A stretch of DNA of 64,000 nucleotides, from positions 3,504,389 through 3,568,388 of the forward strand of contig CM121343.1 in assembly GCA_051530055.1 (NCBI GenBank). Reading direction: 5' to 3'. The notes beneath the pieces were generated by a model that was given only the letters and a program-made list of their open reading frames with translations, did no database searches and was not told the origin of the DNA. The stretch is from Neoechinorhynchus agilis (Eukaryota; Animalia; Acanthocephala). Positions 35,332 through 48,788 of this stretch are shown piece by piece. Numbering within the stretch: position 1 is the stretch's first letter; each line of letters opens with the position of its first letter. A program made the position numbers and the translations under genes.

Positions 35332-36440
35332 AGGTTTTTGAGGTTATCGAAATTGTCACTTTGTGATCGAATAATTCATTCACGAGTTTGAGTTGTTCTC
35401 CTTTATCATTTATGCTTCGTTTAACAGCATGGCTTTTTCGAAGCGAGAAAGTTTGCCATTATCAATAAGAAAACAAATGTTTTATCACCAGCAATTACAA
35501 CCCCTTGTTCGATTTTTAACAACTGTTTACTATTAAACCGATCATTACTAAGTGAAAGAGCAAAGAGCTGCGAGACTTTAATCAATTTTCTATGTGGCAT
35601 TTTTCGAGAGTGTTTAAACCGAGTGCCAAATAGGCATTTAACTTTAAGGGGCACAATTTTAAGCTTAAATAAAATTTTGCCTCCTCCCGGGAACACCAAG
35701 CACTTTCAATTCTATTTAACTTGATTGGAAATACTTAAAATAACGCCTTTTGTGTATCTTTATAGTGAAATTCGTAAAATTCCCGTTATTTAATATTGTT
35801 TAATAGGACAAGCACGTTTTATCGATAAAACTTTCAAGTAGTTCAAATTCACGCAGGGAGTTAATCAGATCAAAATCGGGAATAGTTTGAGTTTTGAGAT
35901 TGCTTGCCAAGATTTGACAGTCTTTAGTAAAAATAAAGCTTAGAATTTCTTAGCGCAAAACAAGAACAACAACATTTTATTAGTAACTTAAACACAATCA
36001 TTTTTTAATTTATAGAATAGATTTATGATTATTATGATCGCTTAAATTAAATCTTTGAACGCATAATGCCTTCCTATGATTAGCTATTAATTTTTTTGGG
36101 CCGTTACTGGCAAACATGGATTAATGATTCCCTGAATAAATATTTAATGATTGATGTTTTAAATAAAAAAAGGTTTAAAAATGTTACTTGCAACAATTTT
36201 GAATATCATTCACTATAAAAAACGATCTACTTGATGGTCTCCATAAAAAATGGCAGGTCACATATATGATGAATTAAGGCCCAATGTTGTTATGTGAACT
36301 TCCTCCTCTACGATAAAAAACAAATGATTCTCGAACTTTAACAATTTCGACTGAAATATAGTAGGCATTTTAATCAGGAGTCAAATTAAAGAATTCAGTA
36401 GTTATTCAACGTATTGAATATATAAGAGTGTTCAGATTCT

Positions 36441-37064
36441 TTATTTAAACGGAGGGAAATATACACCAGGCAATCGGAAAATGCAATAATTAAACACGAC
36501 TGCCGAGTGTGCCGAATTAAATAATTGGGTTTTCCAATCTGGACATAGATTGGAGAATTCCATACTCATTTCGGTCTCCGTGGCCATCGCTGCACTGTTT
36601 ATATATGACAATCCTAAAGCAAGAGAAATTTCAGCTATTATATTCCTTAGGCATTTGTACTCAGCAACCTTATAGCATTTGACGATTGGAAGTGTGTAAG
36701 ATAACATCTCTTCAGCAAAATGATCATATTCTAGTTCTTTAGGTTTGAAGTCCTTAAATAATTAGTATTTAGGATTTCAAATATTAAGCCAAGCTGCCAC
36801 CCATAGAAGGTTGCCGATACCATTTAGCCCCACCGAGCAAACAAGTCTATCCATATGCTTTAAGCGCATTATCGCCATTTGTCTAATTATGCGTAAAACA
36901 TTTATATTTAGTGAAATCTCCGGTAAACTCCCGTTGTATGCTATATTCCCAGTTTTGAACACTAATTCAAACACTATCAACGCAATAACACCGTCCAATG
37001 TCCCTTCGTTCCTTATGATTGCTTTATTTATCGTCCTTTTAAAGCAGCGACTCTCAATAGTCAA
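36441..37064 (-). CDS. Hypothetical two-exon protein (in-frame GT-AG intron of about 48 nt near 36750-36797)
   Basis: Two ORFs joined in frame by TGG|gtggca...tttaag|GAC; no family recognised; may be downstream exons of 37940-38572. Confidence 0.4.
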
Positions 37065-37939
37065 TAAACATAATGTTGCGTTAAGGAAGTTTAACTTTAG
37101 AAAAAAGATATTTTAAGGTTTTAAAAAAGACAAATAATGGTTTCAATTTATCCAAAAAACGAAGAACTTATGATATCATAAAAAATTCGCCTTACAATCA
37201 TTTGTTTAATGCCAATCACTAAACAAATCCATCTACTAAAGGTAGAGTAGTAACTGTCCAATCGTCTTTTTGATTGCTGAACAATTGTGTACAAAAGTAA
37301 GGAGGTTTAAATTTCACCATTAGATATAATTATTATGCTGTAAGCTTAACTTAATAATGAAAATCGACATTTGACGAACGTTAATGCAAATTGGATTATC
37401 ATTTAGAACGTGGGTTCGAGCACTGCTTGTATTCTACATTTATGTAATAATATTCCTCATTTATGAACTTTACCTTTAAATAAAAACAACGCATTGAAGA
37501 ATGGAATGCGGATGGATCTTTATGAGGGTGTTCGTTTCGAATAACTTTGCTTTAGAACTTACACCGAGCATTTTTATATGGCGAAAAATTGAAGGAATTT
37601 ATTAAGTTGGATGTTTCGACACAACTTTGAGAAAAGGTACAAGATTGTGCCGAAATATTGGACTTAAATAATTACCTCAATTACCGGCCATATAAAAAAC
37701 ATGAACAGTTCAATTTGCGAACATATTATTTTGGTTTGAAAAGTCATACAATCTTTCATATTTAATTCCACACTCTAAATGACCTAAAATTTAAAAAGTC
37801 TATTAACGACATCTTTATTTTACGGTTCATAAAAGTAAATTAAACGGAACATATAGAGTAGAAGTTAAACGGATTAACGAAGAATTCGTCTATGTTTTAC
37901 CCTGATGATTCCTAAGTGCAGTTCCTAAAAACTGTTCTA

Positions 37940-38572
37940 TTATTGTGAGAGAGAGAAGGCGAAATATTCGCAACTTGGCTCACATGACCACGAATTCCTG
38001 TTGAGAGCTGCAGTATTATAGGATAACCGAAGTTTTCTCACATCAGTGGATGAAAAATCGGTTATGGAATTATCTTCATCGTCTCGGATAAAGTGTTTCA
38101 CAACAGCATTCACCAGAGTTGCGATTTCTTTGCCGAACATGTTCGATTGATAACATGCATGGGACATTCTATTGAGGGAGAAAATCCATAAAAGAATATG
38201 ATGAAGGTAATAGCATTCGATTTTTTTCCCAAAAGCAGACAAGCGACTCATTGTATCACTGTCATTCGTCTCGACAATGTCTTGGGTTTCATCAGCCAGA
38301 AATCGGCTTAAATGCGTCGAATGCACTTCAGCCACTAATTTCTCGCTAAGCTTCAGATATTTCTCATTAAGAGTTACGAGATAAAGATTAGTGATCGAAA
38401 TGATTGCGAGAGCATCCGTATATAAAGAACGCTCAATAAGTTTGCTCTTGAACAACGTCGATCCACACTCGAGGTTCAGTATTTTACCGATAAGCAAATC
38501 TAATTCGTCGACAACATCAGCCATTTTTAAACACTTGGTTTTATCGTAAAGTTCGCAAACATGAGTGAACAA
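37940..38572 (-). CDS. Hypothetical helical protein of about 200 aa (first ATG near 38524)
   Basis: Open frame of 210 codons; no family recognised. Confidence 0.45.
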   Translation of the reverse strand: MFTHVCELYDKTKCLKMADVVDELDLLIGKILNLECGSTLFKSKLIERSLYTDALAIISITNLYLVTLNEKYLKLSEKLVAEVHSTHLSRFLADETQDIVETNDSDTMSRLSAFGKKIECYYLHHILLWIFSLNRMSHACYQSNMFGKEIATLVNAVVKHFIRDDEDNSITDFSSTDVRKLRLSYNTAALNRNSWSCEPSCEYFAFSLSQ

Positions 38573-38844
38573 CGTTCGACGTAATTGGGTATGCGATTTT
38601 TAGTTTTCAAAAATAATTAACATTTGTATATAGTGAGTGTTCATCTCAAATGAGTGGTATGCCGCCAAAGTATTAGTAGGTCTAAAAGCGACAAATAGAT
38701 CATACTCGTCATCGGGAACACATAATGATAAAGCTGGGTGCCTTGATTCGCAGGAAGGAATAGAGCGGCTGCGAAGACATTGATCAAGCAACGAAATTTT
38801 AATCAAAGTTTGAGGGAAATCGGCTAAGGCAAAGGCAATAAGGC

Positions 38845-41800
38845 ATGCGTTCTAAAATCAAATCCCTGATCACTACATTGAGTGTCTTTGTTTTCTTTAG
38901 ACATACAACCGGTAAGTCTTTAAAGATATTTCATTTATATCTTATTTGCTAGTTGTCATATATATATTGCATGCAGTCGGAACGCCTAAATTCTATTTAA
39001 TTTTATCCTTGCTTCGGTCGCTTAGTTTTTTCTGAAAGGTCGCTGATCTAAATTTCAATTGAACGCCTAAATTTGATTTAATTTTATTCTTGCTTCGGTC
39101 GCTTAGTTTTTTCTGAAAGGCCGTTGATCTAAATTTCAATTGAACGCCTAAATTTCATTTTATTTTATTCTTGCTTCGGTCGCTTAGTTTTGTTCTGGAA
39201 GGTCGCTGATCTAAATTTCAATTGAACGCCTAAATTCTATTTAATTTTATCCTTGCCTCGGTCGCTTAGTTTTTTTCTGAAATGTCGCTGATCTAAATTT
39301 CAATTGAACGCCTAAATTTCATTTAATTTTATTCTTGCTTCGGTCGCTTAGTTTTTTTCTGAAAGGTCGCTGATCTAAATTTCAATTGAACGCCTAAATT
39401 TCATTTAATTTTATCCTTGCCTCGGTCGCTTAGTTTTTTTCTGAAAGGTCGCGGATCTAAATTTCAATTGAACGCCTAAATCTGATTTAATTTTATTCTT
39501 GCCTCGGTCGCTTAGTTTTTTCTGAAAGGTCGCTGATCTAAATTTCAATTGAACGCCTAAATTTGATTTAATTTTATTCTTGCTTCGGTCGCTTAGTTTT
39601 TTTCTGAAAGGTCGCTGATTTAAATTTCAATTGAACGCCTAAATTTCATTTTATTTTATTCTTGCCTCGGTCGCTTAGTTTTTTCTGAAAGGTCGCTGAT
39701 CTAAATTTCAATTGAACGCCTAAATTTGAATTAATTTTATTCTTGCTATACAAATTTATGTACTGCATTTAGAAACGATCGGTTCCTTAGTTTTTCTATC
39801 GAGATTATCCCATTTAAAAAGAAATAGACCCGTAGTATTGCACAGAGGTGACTCATGTCGGTTTAAAATTATTTAAATGGCTATTTATTTTTAGAAGATT
39901 CTAAAAATATCATAGCTCAGACCGTAGAAAAATCAGGATTATTGAGCTATTTCGAAACAGGCCTGTGCAAACGATGCCTCGCGTAATCTTCAGCATCTTG
40001 GATTTACGCAAAATAAAGTTCGTTGCTTTGAACTATACCAATTTTTTAGTTTAGATTTATGCTATTTCTGTCACATTTTTGTTGATCAATTTATCCGTCC
40101 CCATGCGATTTCAGTATATAGAACAGCACTGCGTGAGGTCGTTTAAATGCTTAAATATAACTAATTGCGGCGCAAACGAACCCTTAGCCAAATGTTTTAA
40201 TTCATATTGGCATTATAATTTTAATAGGACCTCATGATGCATAGAATCAATTTACTTTTTGTGTATATACAAAAATTTAATCGAAATTTCACGAAAATCA
40301 ACCATTATTACCAAGTCGAAATCAAAAATATTTGAAATCTTTTTTTAGGACTGAATACGGATGAACAGGCGTTATTTGTATACTTAACGAACGCATCAAG
40401 ATACAATCCGCTTATCCGACCGGTATTAAATTCGGACGATACTCTGACTACGTTTTTGGGTCTCAAGTTAATTCAAATATTGGACATTGTGAGTATATAG
40501 ATTAATACCATTGACGACGTATCAGTTCCAATCTATAATAAATTCTATGATATTATATAGGATGAAAAGAACCAAATAATGACAACAAATGTATGGCTAT
40601 ATCAGGTAATATAATGATTTTTAGATTTATTACCCTTTGAACTAGCATAGGAATGGGAAGATCGATTCCTTCGGTGGGATCCATCAAATTATGGCAATAT
40701 TTCTTGTATTGAACTCCCGATAGATAATGTTTGGAAGCCAGAATTAGTATTGTACAATAAGTAAGGGAAATTTTCGGCGTTTCAATAACGTAACTCTCCT
40801 TTCAATAGTGCAGATGAGAATTACGATTTTAAGTTAAAAACGAAGGCAAAAGTATTCTACACTGGTCGTGTTGTTTGGAGACCGGCTTCTATTTTTCGTA
40901 GTATGTGTCCCATGAATGTTGAATTTTTTCCGTTCGATGAGCAGACGTGCCCAATGAAATTCGGTTCCTGGACCTATGGTGTCAACCAAGTGAATGTATT
41001 CCATATTGAACAACTTGGTAAAGCGCCTGATCAAAGAAGCGACTATATAAGCGAATCAATCGATTTATCGGACTTTAGAACCAATGTCGCTTGGAACCTT
41101 ATGGCGGTTCCAGGTCGGCGACATGTCGGAGACTACCGCTGCTGTCCAAGTCGATATACCGATATTACATTCTACATAACGTTAAGGCGTCGTGCCTTAT
41201 TTTATACCGCAAACCTTATAATTCCGTGTTTAGGAATTTCATTTCTTGCGGTACTGACCTTCTATTTACCAAGTGGAAGCTGTGAAAAGATTTCACTTTG
41301 TATCTCTATTATGATGTCCTTAAGTGTCTTTATTTTACTCTTAAGTGAACTAATGCCAACCACTTCGATCACAGTGCCGATTGTTGGAAAATATTTACTT
41401 TTTACCGTTATATTGGTTACTTTATGTATAGTGGCTACTATTGTCGTGCTTAATGTTCATTTTCGATCACCGTTGACCAATGACATGAAGTCATGGATTC
41501 GTATTGTGTTCATCCGGGTACTTCCAAAGTTGTTACTTATGACAAGACCTCGACGGATATGTCTTAAGCCGTTTACTTTAATCAGCCAATCAAGTGTTAA
41601 GGATAGATTTGAGCAAATAATTGTCGATCTACAAACAAAACCACAAACAATAAAATCACAAGATGTGAATTTGTTAGCTCAGGTTTCAAGGACAGTTTCG
41701 GAGTTAGCGAAAATTACTAGTCAACTGAAAAACGAAGATGAAGTTCAAAAGGTTCGATCATGGTCGTGCCCTAAATTATCTACTAACTTATTTCCGAACT

Positions 41801-41952
41801 TATAGGTTAAAGATGATTGGAAATATGTCGCTCTTGTTATTGATAGACTTTTTCTTTGGATATTCACAACGGCCTCAATTGTTGGTGCCGTGGGTATTAT
41901 CTGCCAAGCGCCAAATCTATATGACAGCAAGGAGCCATTGTGTGCAATATAA
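38845..41952 (+). CDS. Nicotinic acetylcholine receptor alpha subunit, 6 exons (introns 38912-40348, 40489-40560, 40606-40650, 40761-40808, about 41752-41804)
   Basis: Signal peptide, YNPLIRP, Cys-loop [18 protein letters not shown], loop C YRCC...Y, four TM helices with EKISL; all introns GT-AG and in frame. Confidence 0.97.
38978..39746. repeat. About 82-bp tandem array, about 9 copies, inside nAChR intron 1
   Basis: GAACGCCTAAAT...CTTCGGTCGCTTAG...GGTCGCTGATCTAAATTTCAATT repeated. Confidence 0.97.
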
Positions 41953-42019
41953 AGCCGTTAAAGTGATTTAAAATTTGAGTTTCAAAAACAACCCGTAAAA
42001 GCGTCGATATATGAGGTAA

Positions 42020-42145
42020 TGGGGTATATTATTAGAATTATTGTTTAGGTCTTAATTAACAAACTGATGATGAACCTGACGAGGTTCGTAGAACGTCTTT
42101 AATAAAAAATTATTTACCGCATGACTTCTAAACAATAATCCTGAA
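42020..42145 (+). ncRNA. Dispersed foldback element with a hammerhead-like core (best copy)
   Basis: Arms ATTAGAATTATTGTTTAG / CTAAACAATAATCC flank AAA-CTGATGA-T-GAACC-TGACGA-GGTTC-GTAGAAC-GTC-TTT; relatives at 1-125, 30764-30828 and 46680-46800. Confidence 0.55.
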
Positions 42146-42774
42146 CCGTAAAAGCTTCGGAATTTACTATCATTGTTTCACTCGTCTTTGAAATGAGACA
42201 TCCTAGCGATATAATTTTAAAGTTACACTGATCATAGAACGTCAGATTTTTTGTAAACAAGAATTCACTTATGACTTCATCTCTTTTCAATGAAGCAGGG
42301 ACGTTGTTCGAACGAAGTTACCGACCGAAATCTAAAGTCACATGAATGAACGCGGAATCGTTATCAGCGTTATGACAAGGTTTAGGACTTTCCCCTTTCC
42401 GCTCAATATTACCTTTTGTTCCATAACGTGTTTTTTTGTTATTTGGGTTGCTTGTCGGCACCCGAGAGGAGGGATCATTAAAAAAGAATATATTTCGACT
42501 TATTGAATCAGTCATTATCAAAGTCAAAACGAACAATAATGTCGTTTGTTTTGTGACAAATTCTTATGAAATTTAGATTGAATTGATGATGACTGATTCA
42601 ATCAGTCGAAATATACATTGGTCTGTATTGATCCCTCCTCTCGAGTGTTAACAATAATAACAACACGTTTTATTTGTTGATTCACAAAGAACTCATAAAA
42701 ACACAGATATTTTGTTGTTGTTTTTGTATGTCCGGTCTAGGGATATCAGTTCGAATGGGAATATCAGGTCTCGT

Positions 42775-42915
42775 TATGTCCGTTCTTGTGGGAATTGGCG
42801 TTTATTGTTTGCAGGAGCGCTTGTAAGGTTGGTCTTTCCTCAGGTTCATTTCAAGTAATGACATCCGAGAAGATTGGTCAGAGTGGAAAAAGGAGCGTAG
42901 GTATAGGGAGGTGCG
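42775..42915 (-). mobile_element. 3' end fragment of the L2/CR1-like LINE
   Basis: Close match to 21055-21190. Confidence 0.85.
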
Positions 42916-44039
42916 AAGTCGACGGAGGACAACAATATATTTGACCACCTGAATGCAATCTCTTAATATCATCTTACTACCTATAATGTTCACTGTTCAA
43001 TAAAGAGATCCCCTGGCGAGTCCAATGTACACTTTTGAGTAGTTAAATCAATCGAGATGAGTAAAATGCGATTCGGATAAAACGCATTTTTATAACAATA
43101 GAAGCGTTACTAAAAACAAAAAGAAGTTCATATGGCAATGTTACAAAAATATGATATAGAATAACGATCCCATCGTTTTACGATCTAAACTGCGTTCCTT
43201 TAACTTGTCTTAACAGAATTTCTAAGGCAAAATATTTCCTTTCATTAAGAATGCCGCTTTCGATCGGACCTTGGGAGTAGGAATCATTCAGCGAAAACAT
43301 AAATCTCTAGCTTGATTTTGAGCTTGGATTGAAAGATCATTTTCAAAGGCCCTTAGGATGCACACTCTAAAAATAATCATTATAACCACCAAAATCTAGC
43401 CGTGGAAAAAAATAAGCGATGATATGTGGAATGCATTATTATGGACAACTATCTTAATATGCTAAAATCAACCGTCCGTTTAGCAACACAAGAAACCGTA
43501 TTTTAAGCAATCACACTTCTTTGCAAACATTGGTTGCTAAAAACTAAGTTTAAATGAAATTATTAATTATTAAAAAATATCATCTTCTACACGTCGAGAT
43601 CAGTATCATATGCTATTAACCTGAATTTAATAGCCGAGAGGTAACATTTTGGAATGGTAGAATCATGACTGATGAGAATATTTTAATAAAATATCTTCTA
43701 TCCGGGATTACGATCACCACATAATCATCATCCCGAAGGATTATCTCTCTCGATGATGCGCGGCTTCCTCGTGAAATATTTCAATTCAACAAAATATGTT
43801 TTATTCTGGACTACGAACACTACATCTCCAACTTTAACATTCCGAAGGATTTTCTCTTGTTTGCTGTTTGGCTTAGCCGACTATTGATTTGAAATCGTCA
43901 ACAAAGAACATGTAGAGTAAGCATACGAGTAAATTTATTTAAAATAAAACACAACTAATTTATATGATAATCTAATAATCCATTAGAACAATTGACCAAA
44001 AACTAGTGCAAAAATTTACAATTCAGGGTACGAAGCCAA

Positions 44040-44400
44040 ACCGATTTGGCTTTAGATCACATAGATTCAACCAATTGCTTTTACAGAATAAAGAACGACT
44101 ATTTTATATTTTCATATCATCTCAGTAGAAAGCTATACATAATAGGACGCAAGACTGTTGGGTATTAGCACAACATTTTAGAAGAATGAATTATTCGAAA
44201 GGGATGAAGCAAATACTAGAGTTACAAACAAAAATTTTGCCCAAATATCCAGCAACACCGATTGAAAGTACATGCAGGAATTTTATCAACGAGCTAAGTT
44301 GACTTTTCGCGATCACGGCGTGCTTCAGCGTTGGTATTTAGTGAACTGGCAACCCTTATAGAAGAACAACTTATCATCCCAGCGACCAACAAAAAAGATC
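44040..44400 (+). mobile_element. Possible Ty3/gypsy pol remnant (region between RNase H and integrase)
   Basis: Fragments KQILEL...PKYPA, FYQRAKLTFRDHGVLQR and QLIIP; many stops. Confidence 0.4.
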
Positions 44401-45884
44401 CCGGTAGTCCGCTGCGACCAGATGAGTACAAATGATTTCATGGTTAATCGGACCAAATCGGGATGCGATCGATTTGGTCCGATTTCACGAAACTGTCCTA
44501 CGTTGTAAGTCGGGATGGTGTAAGTTTTGCTTCTTTAGAATTCGGAATAGAACTTTTCGTCCTAACGACCAACAAAAAAGATCCCGGTAGTCCGCTGCGA
44601 CCAGATGAGTACAAATGATTTCATGGTTAATCGGGCCAAATCGGGATGCGATCGATTTGGTCCGATTTCACGAAACTGTCCGACGTTGTAAGTCGGGATG
44701 GTGTAAGTTTTGCTTTTTTAGAATTCGGAATAGAACTTTTCGTCCCAACGACCAACCAAAAAGATCCCGGTAGTCCGCTGCGACCCGATGAGTACAAATG
44801 ATTTAATGGTTAATCGGACCAAATCGGGATGCGATCGATTTGGTCCGATATCAGGAAACTGTCCTACGTTGTAAGTCGGGATGGTGTAAGTTTTACTTCT
44901 ACAGAATTCGGAATAGAACTTTTCGTCCTAACGACCAACAAAAAAGATCCCGGTAGTCCGCTGCGACCCGATGAGTACAAATGATTTCATGGTTAATCGG
45001 ACCAAATCGGGATGCGATCGATTTGGTCCGATTTCACGAAACTGTCCGACGTTGTAAGTCGGGATGGTGTAAGATTTGGTTCTTTAGAATTCGGAATAGA
45101 ACTTTTCGTCCCAACGACCAACCAAAAAGATCCCGGTAGTCCGCTGCGACTCGATGAGTACAAATGATTTCATGGTTAATCGGACCAAATCGGGATGCGA
45201 TCGATTTGGTCCGATTTCACGAAACTGTCCGACGTTGTAAGTCGGGATGGTGTAAGTTTTGCTTCTTTAGAATTCGGAATAGAACTTTTCGTCCCAACGA
45301 CCAACCAAAAAGATCCCGGTAGTCCGCTGCGACCCGATGAGTACAAATGATTTCATGGTTAATCGGACCAAATCGGGATGCGATCGATTTGGTCCGATTT
45401 CACGAAACTGTCCGACGTTGTAAGTCGGGATGGTGTAAGTTTTGCTTCTTTAAATTCGGAATAGAACTTTTCGTCCCAACGACCAACCAAAAAGATCCCG
45501 GTAGTCCGCTGCGACCCGATGAGTACAAATGATTTCATGGTTAATCGGACCAAATCGGGATGCGATCGATTTGGTCCGATTTCACGAAACTGTCCGACGT
45601 TGTAAGTCGGGATGGTGTAAGTTTTGCTTCTTTAGAATTCGGAATAGAACTTTTCGTCCCAACGACCAACCAAAAAGATCCCGGTAGTCCGCTGCGACCC
45701 GATGAGTACAAATGATTTCATGGTTAATCGGACCAAATCGGGATGCGATCGATTTGGTCCGATTTCACGAAACTGTCCGACGTTGTAAGTCGGGATGGTG
45801 TAAGTTTTGCTTTTTTAGAATTCGGAATAGAACTTTTCGTCCCAACGACCAACCAAAAAGATCCCGGTAGCCCGCTGCGACCGA
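44377..45884. repeat. 183-bp tandem array, about 8.2 copies, with a 15-bp perfect hairpin per unit
   Basis: Period 183 (44377, 44560, 44743 and onward); AATCGGACCAAATCG / CGATTTGGTCCGATT. Confidence 0.97.
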
Positions 45885-47116
45885 AATTAAGTAGCAACGT
45901 TCCCCTTCGATCGGAAACCGAAGGAAAGGCGACCCGAATTCTCGGACAGAACTCCGCATTTCCAGAGGGCCCAGTAATCCAATTCATTGCAAACCTGCAA
46001 AGTCCGAGGAATAGTTCGGGTCCGACGGACGTAGTAGTTCTTCCGTTGGAGCGATCGTCGACTTGAAGGTCATTTTTATGGTTACATTACGCAACGGATC
46101 CTGGTGCAGTTGCTTTATCAAATCTTGTTTGCGATTGATAAACTGATTCCTTTATTATTTCCGCGTTATGTGTACCACAGACACCGGAGTGAGAATTTCT
46201 CCCGGTTTCGGTATCTGGGTCGTCCGGGAATTATATGAAAGTTGATTTTTTCAGAAGGAGATAATGAGCTATAATTTGTGGGAAATTTACGCTCCCGGTC
46301 AGAGTAGTCAACAGTGAACATTTGTGATGTGAAGATGTCTAAAATGAATCATAAAGGCGTTGTTCGCTTTTAAGAAACTCTCACATTTTTGAATGGAAAC
46401 TAAAAAATCACCAAATTATTCAACATGGAATGATTTCAGTGTTTCCACTACACCTGGGAACAATGATTCATCCGATAATATACAAACAAAGCAAGTGATA
46501 TGGAAGCTTTCACGCCTCCTACTGCTCCAGAGCGTTTTCCCGTTATGGCTCTTTCAATAACGATTTTCGTGTCACAACAGTGAAGCTCGGTAAATAAAGA
46601 AAAATAATTTTATTAATATTTCTTTTAGAAGTCTTCACCCAGGAAATAATTATTTCGATTGAAAACGTTCTACGAATCACGTAAAATAGGTTTATCATCA
46701 GTTTTTTAGTTTATTTGTACTAACAAAAACCCGACGAGGTTCGCAAAACGCTTTTAATCGAAAAAATCAAAGCTTCTTTTCCGGTGGAAAATTATAGAAA
46801 TTTATTTAATTCGTTTGCAGGCACAATCTTGTAAAATACCGGAAAGTTTTGATAAATTCAGACGATTGTGCCTCTGAAATATCGAATTCAATAAATTCCT
46901 ATAATTTTTCTTCAGAAACAGAAAAATTCTGAAGGAAATATTAATGAAATTATTTTCGCCTGAGCGAAAACAATGTACGGATAACATCTTTAGGGAAACT
47001 GCAGCATGAAATGAAGGTCAAACTGCATTTGTTTGCACCATTCGACACTTTTCTTTATTCTACAAGTCCTTCGCTGACATGACCTTTTTTTTCATTGTTC
47101 CCGCTCTCCTTACAGT

Positions 47117-48788
47117 TTCATCGGTTCCCTAAACATTCCGCACTATTCAAACCATTTCAGATATTCCGACGGCTGTGGAGTCCAAGGCCGATCTTCCCCA
47201 ATGCATCATATGGATATCGTTCACCATCACCAGCAACATGATGAAGATGTCCTCAGGAAAGGAGTTATATACAGTCTTAAATATTTAGGCTTTGTCGAAG
47301 TTCTTTGTTCAATGCGAGCCATTGGCTACAACGAGCGCTATACATTGACTCGGTTAATATACATAAAGCTTTCCTTTCGTAACTTTTGGTGAAAATAATC
47401 CTCCCCCGGTTCGAAGGAGGTAACCTTGCCTCGTTGAGAAACAATGACTGAACAGGTTACTTCGTTCGAAATATTTGTGTGATGACCGGGGAGGATTATT
47501 TTCACCAAAGGTATATTTTGATTAACCCGAAGGATTTTCTATTGATGACTTTCCTTTCGTGTTCACTTGGTCAACAATGAACCTCCTTCATTTGTTTTAG
47601 CAGTTGCATAGCTAACGTGGCTAAAGCGTCCAAAACCAATGTTCACGTTGATACTGCTGCGGTAAGCAAGAGTTCAGTGGCGTTTTTTCTCTCGAGAAAT
47701 CGGGTTTAGTTCAAAGAACTTGTTATCAAGGGAATGGTCTCTATTGATGCTCACGCAATGCGTGGTGGACTAGATGTTCTAATGACAGTAAGTGTAAACT
47801 TCATAAAATTAATCCAGAGGACTACAAGGGATGTAAGTTCTAATGTCGAAGAATCACACATTTATGACTTCTTAAAGCTTCTTGTTCTACATCCCGTTGA
47901 ACAAGTGTCCTTTGTGTCGGTTGGGGATCCTGTAAGTACTCTCTAGCACAGTTTGTTCCATTTCGTCCTTAGCCAAATTCAGCGTGCGTGGGATATATCG
48001 CAAAAGACAAGACGAAACGTCGATACTGTTATGTATTTGAGTCATTCAGTGGCACCGCGTCACTTGTAATGGCTAGTTTTCGACAAGCATTCACTCTAAA
48101 GTATAAAGATTCGTTAATGAACCCACAAAACGCTAATGATGTAAATGCAACGACTACCGTAAAATCTATAAGTCAACGGTCTTCCAACGCAAGTCAAGGA
48201 AAAATTACAGAAGAGTATGTCGCCGCCGGGACGGGATTTTACTCTCTTTCCCTAAAGCCGAGACAAACTTTATTTAAAGGTTGGAACGGTCTGATGATTC
48301 AAGTTCGCTTCATGAAACCAAGCGCAAAATGGTATACGATTCCGATTCCTTCTAAATCACACTTTATGCCTATACCAATCAAAGGCTTCATCCTGCAGTG
48401 ATTCACCGGACGTTACCGAAAATCTTGACAATGAGCCTTGGTATCATGGACCGATATCTAGACCTGAGGCTGAGGCACTTTTGAAGGAAGACGGAGATTT
48501 TTTAGTAAGGAAAAGCAGCAATGTTCCGGATCAATATGTTCTCTCTGGAAAATACAACGGGAAATCGAAGCACCTTTTATTGATTGATCCAGATGGAAGC
48601 GTCAGTGTTTTCTAAACCAAAACGCAAATGAATGATTCCACAAGTTTTAGGTTAGGACAAAAGGTCTAGTATTTTCTAATATATCATCACTGATATATTA
48701 TCACCAAGAGAAAACCATATCAATAGTATCACCGGACAGTCAAATCGTGCTGATAAAACCTGTATGTCGAAACATGAACGGACCTTGA
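47117..48788 (+). CDS. SHC: Shc-family adaptor (PTB and SH2), at least 7 exons; 5' exon(s) not located
   Basis: GVIYSLKYLGFVEVLCSMRA, VSFVSVGDP, GYIAKD, RQAFTLKY, PWYHGPISRPEAEALLKEDGDFLVRKS; all traced introns canonical and in frame. Confidence 0.95.
47382..47511. mobile_element. MITE with TIRs of about 27 bp and TA flanks, in a Shc intron; its core is a diverged part of the 147-bp array unit
   Basis: CTTTTGGTGAAAATAATCCTCCCCCGGT ... ACCGGGGAGGATTATTTTCACCAAAG; interior TTCGAAGGAGGTAACCTTGCCTCGTTG...TTCGAAATATTT. Confidence 0.85.

Noticed and set aside
38573-38806. Genetic-code reassignment suggested by the single TAA between ORFs 38600-38806 and 37940-38572
   Set aside because: TAA, TAG and TGA all end well-conserved genes here; the upstream ORF lies in the divergent promoter region and is probably spurious
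44415-44500. Hammerhead in the 183-bp unit (CCGAUGAG...GAAACUGUC)
   Set aside because: The core is CCGA or CAGA rather than CUGA, and the would-be stem I strands are identical (CGAC/CGAC), not complementary
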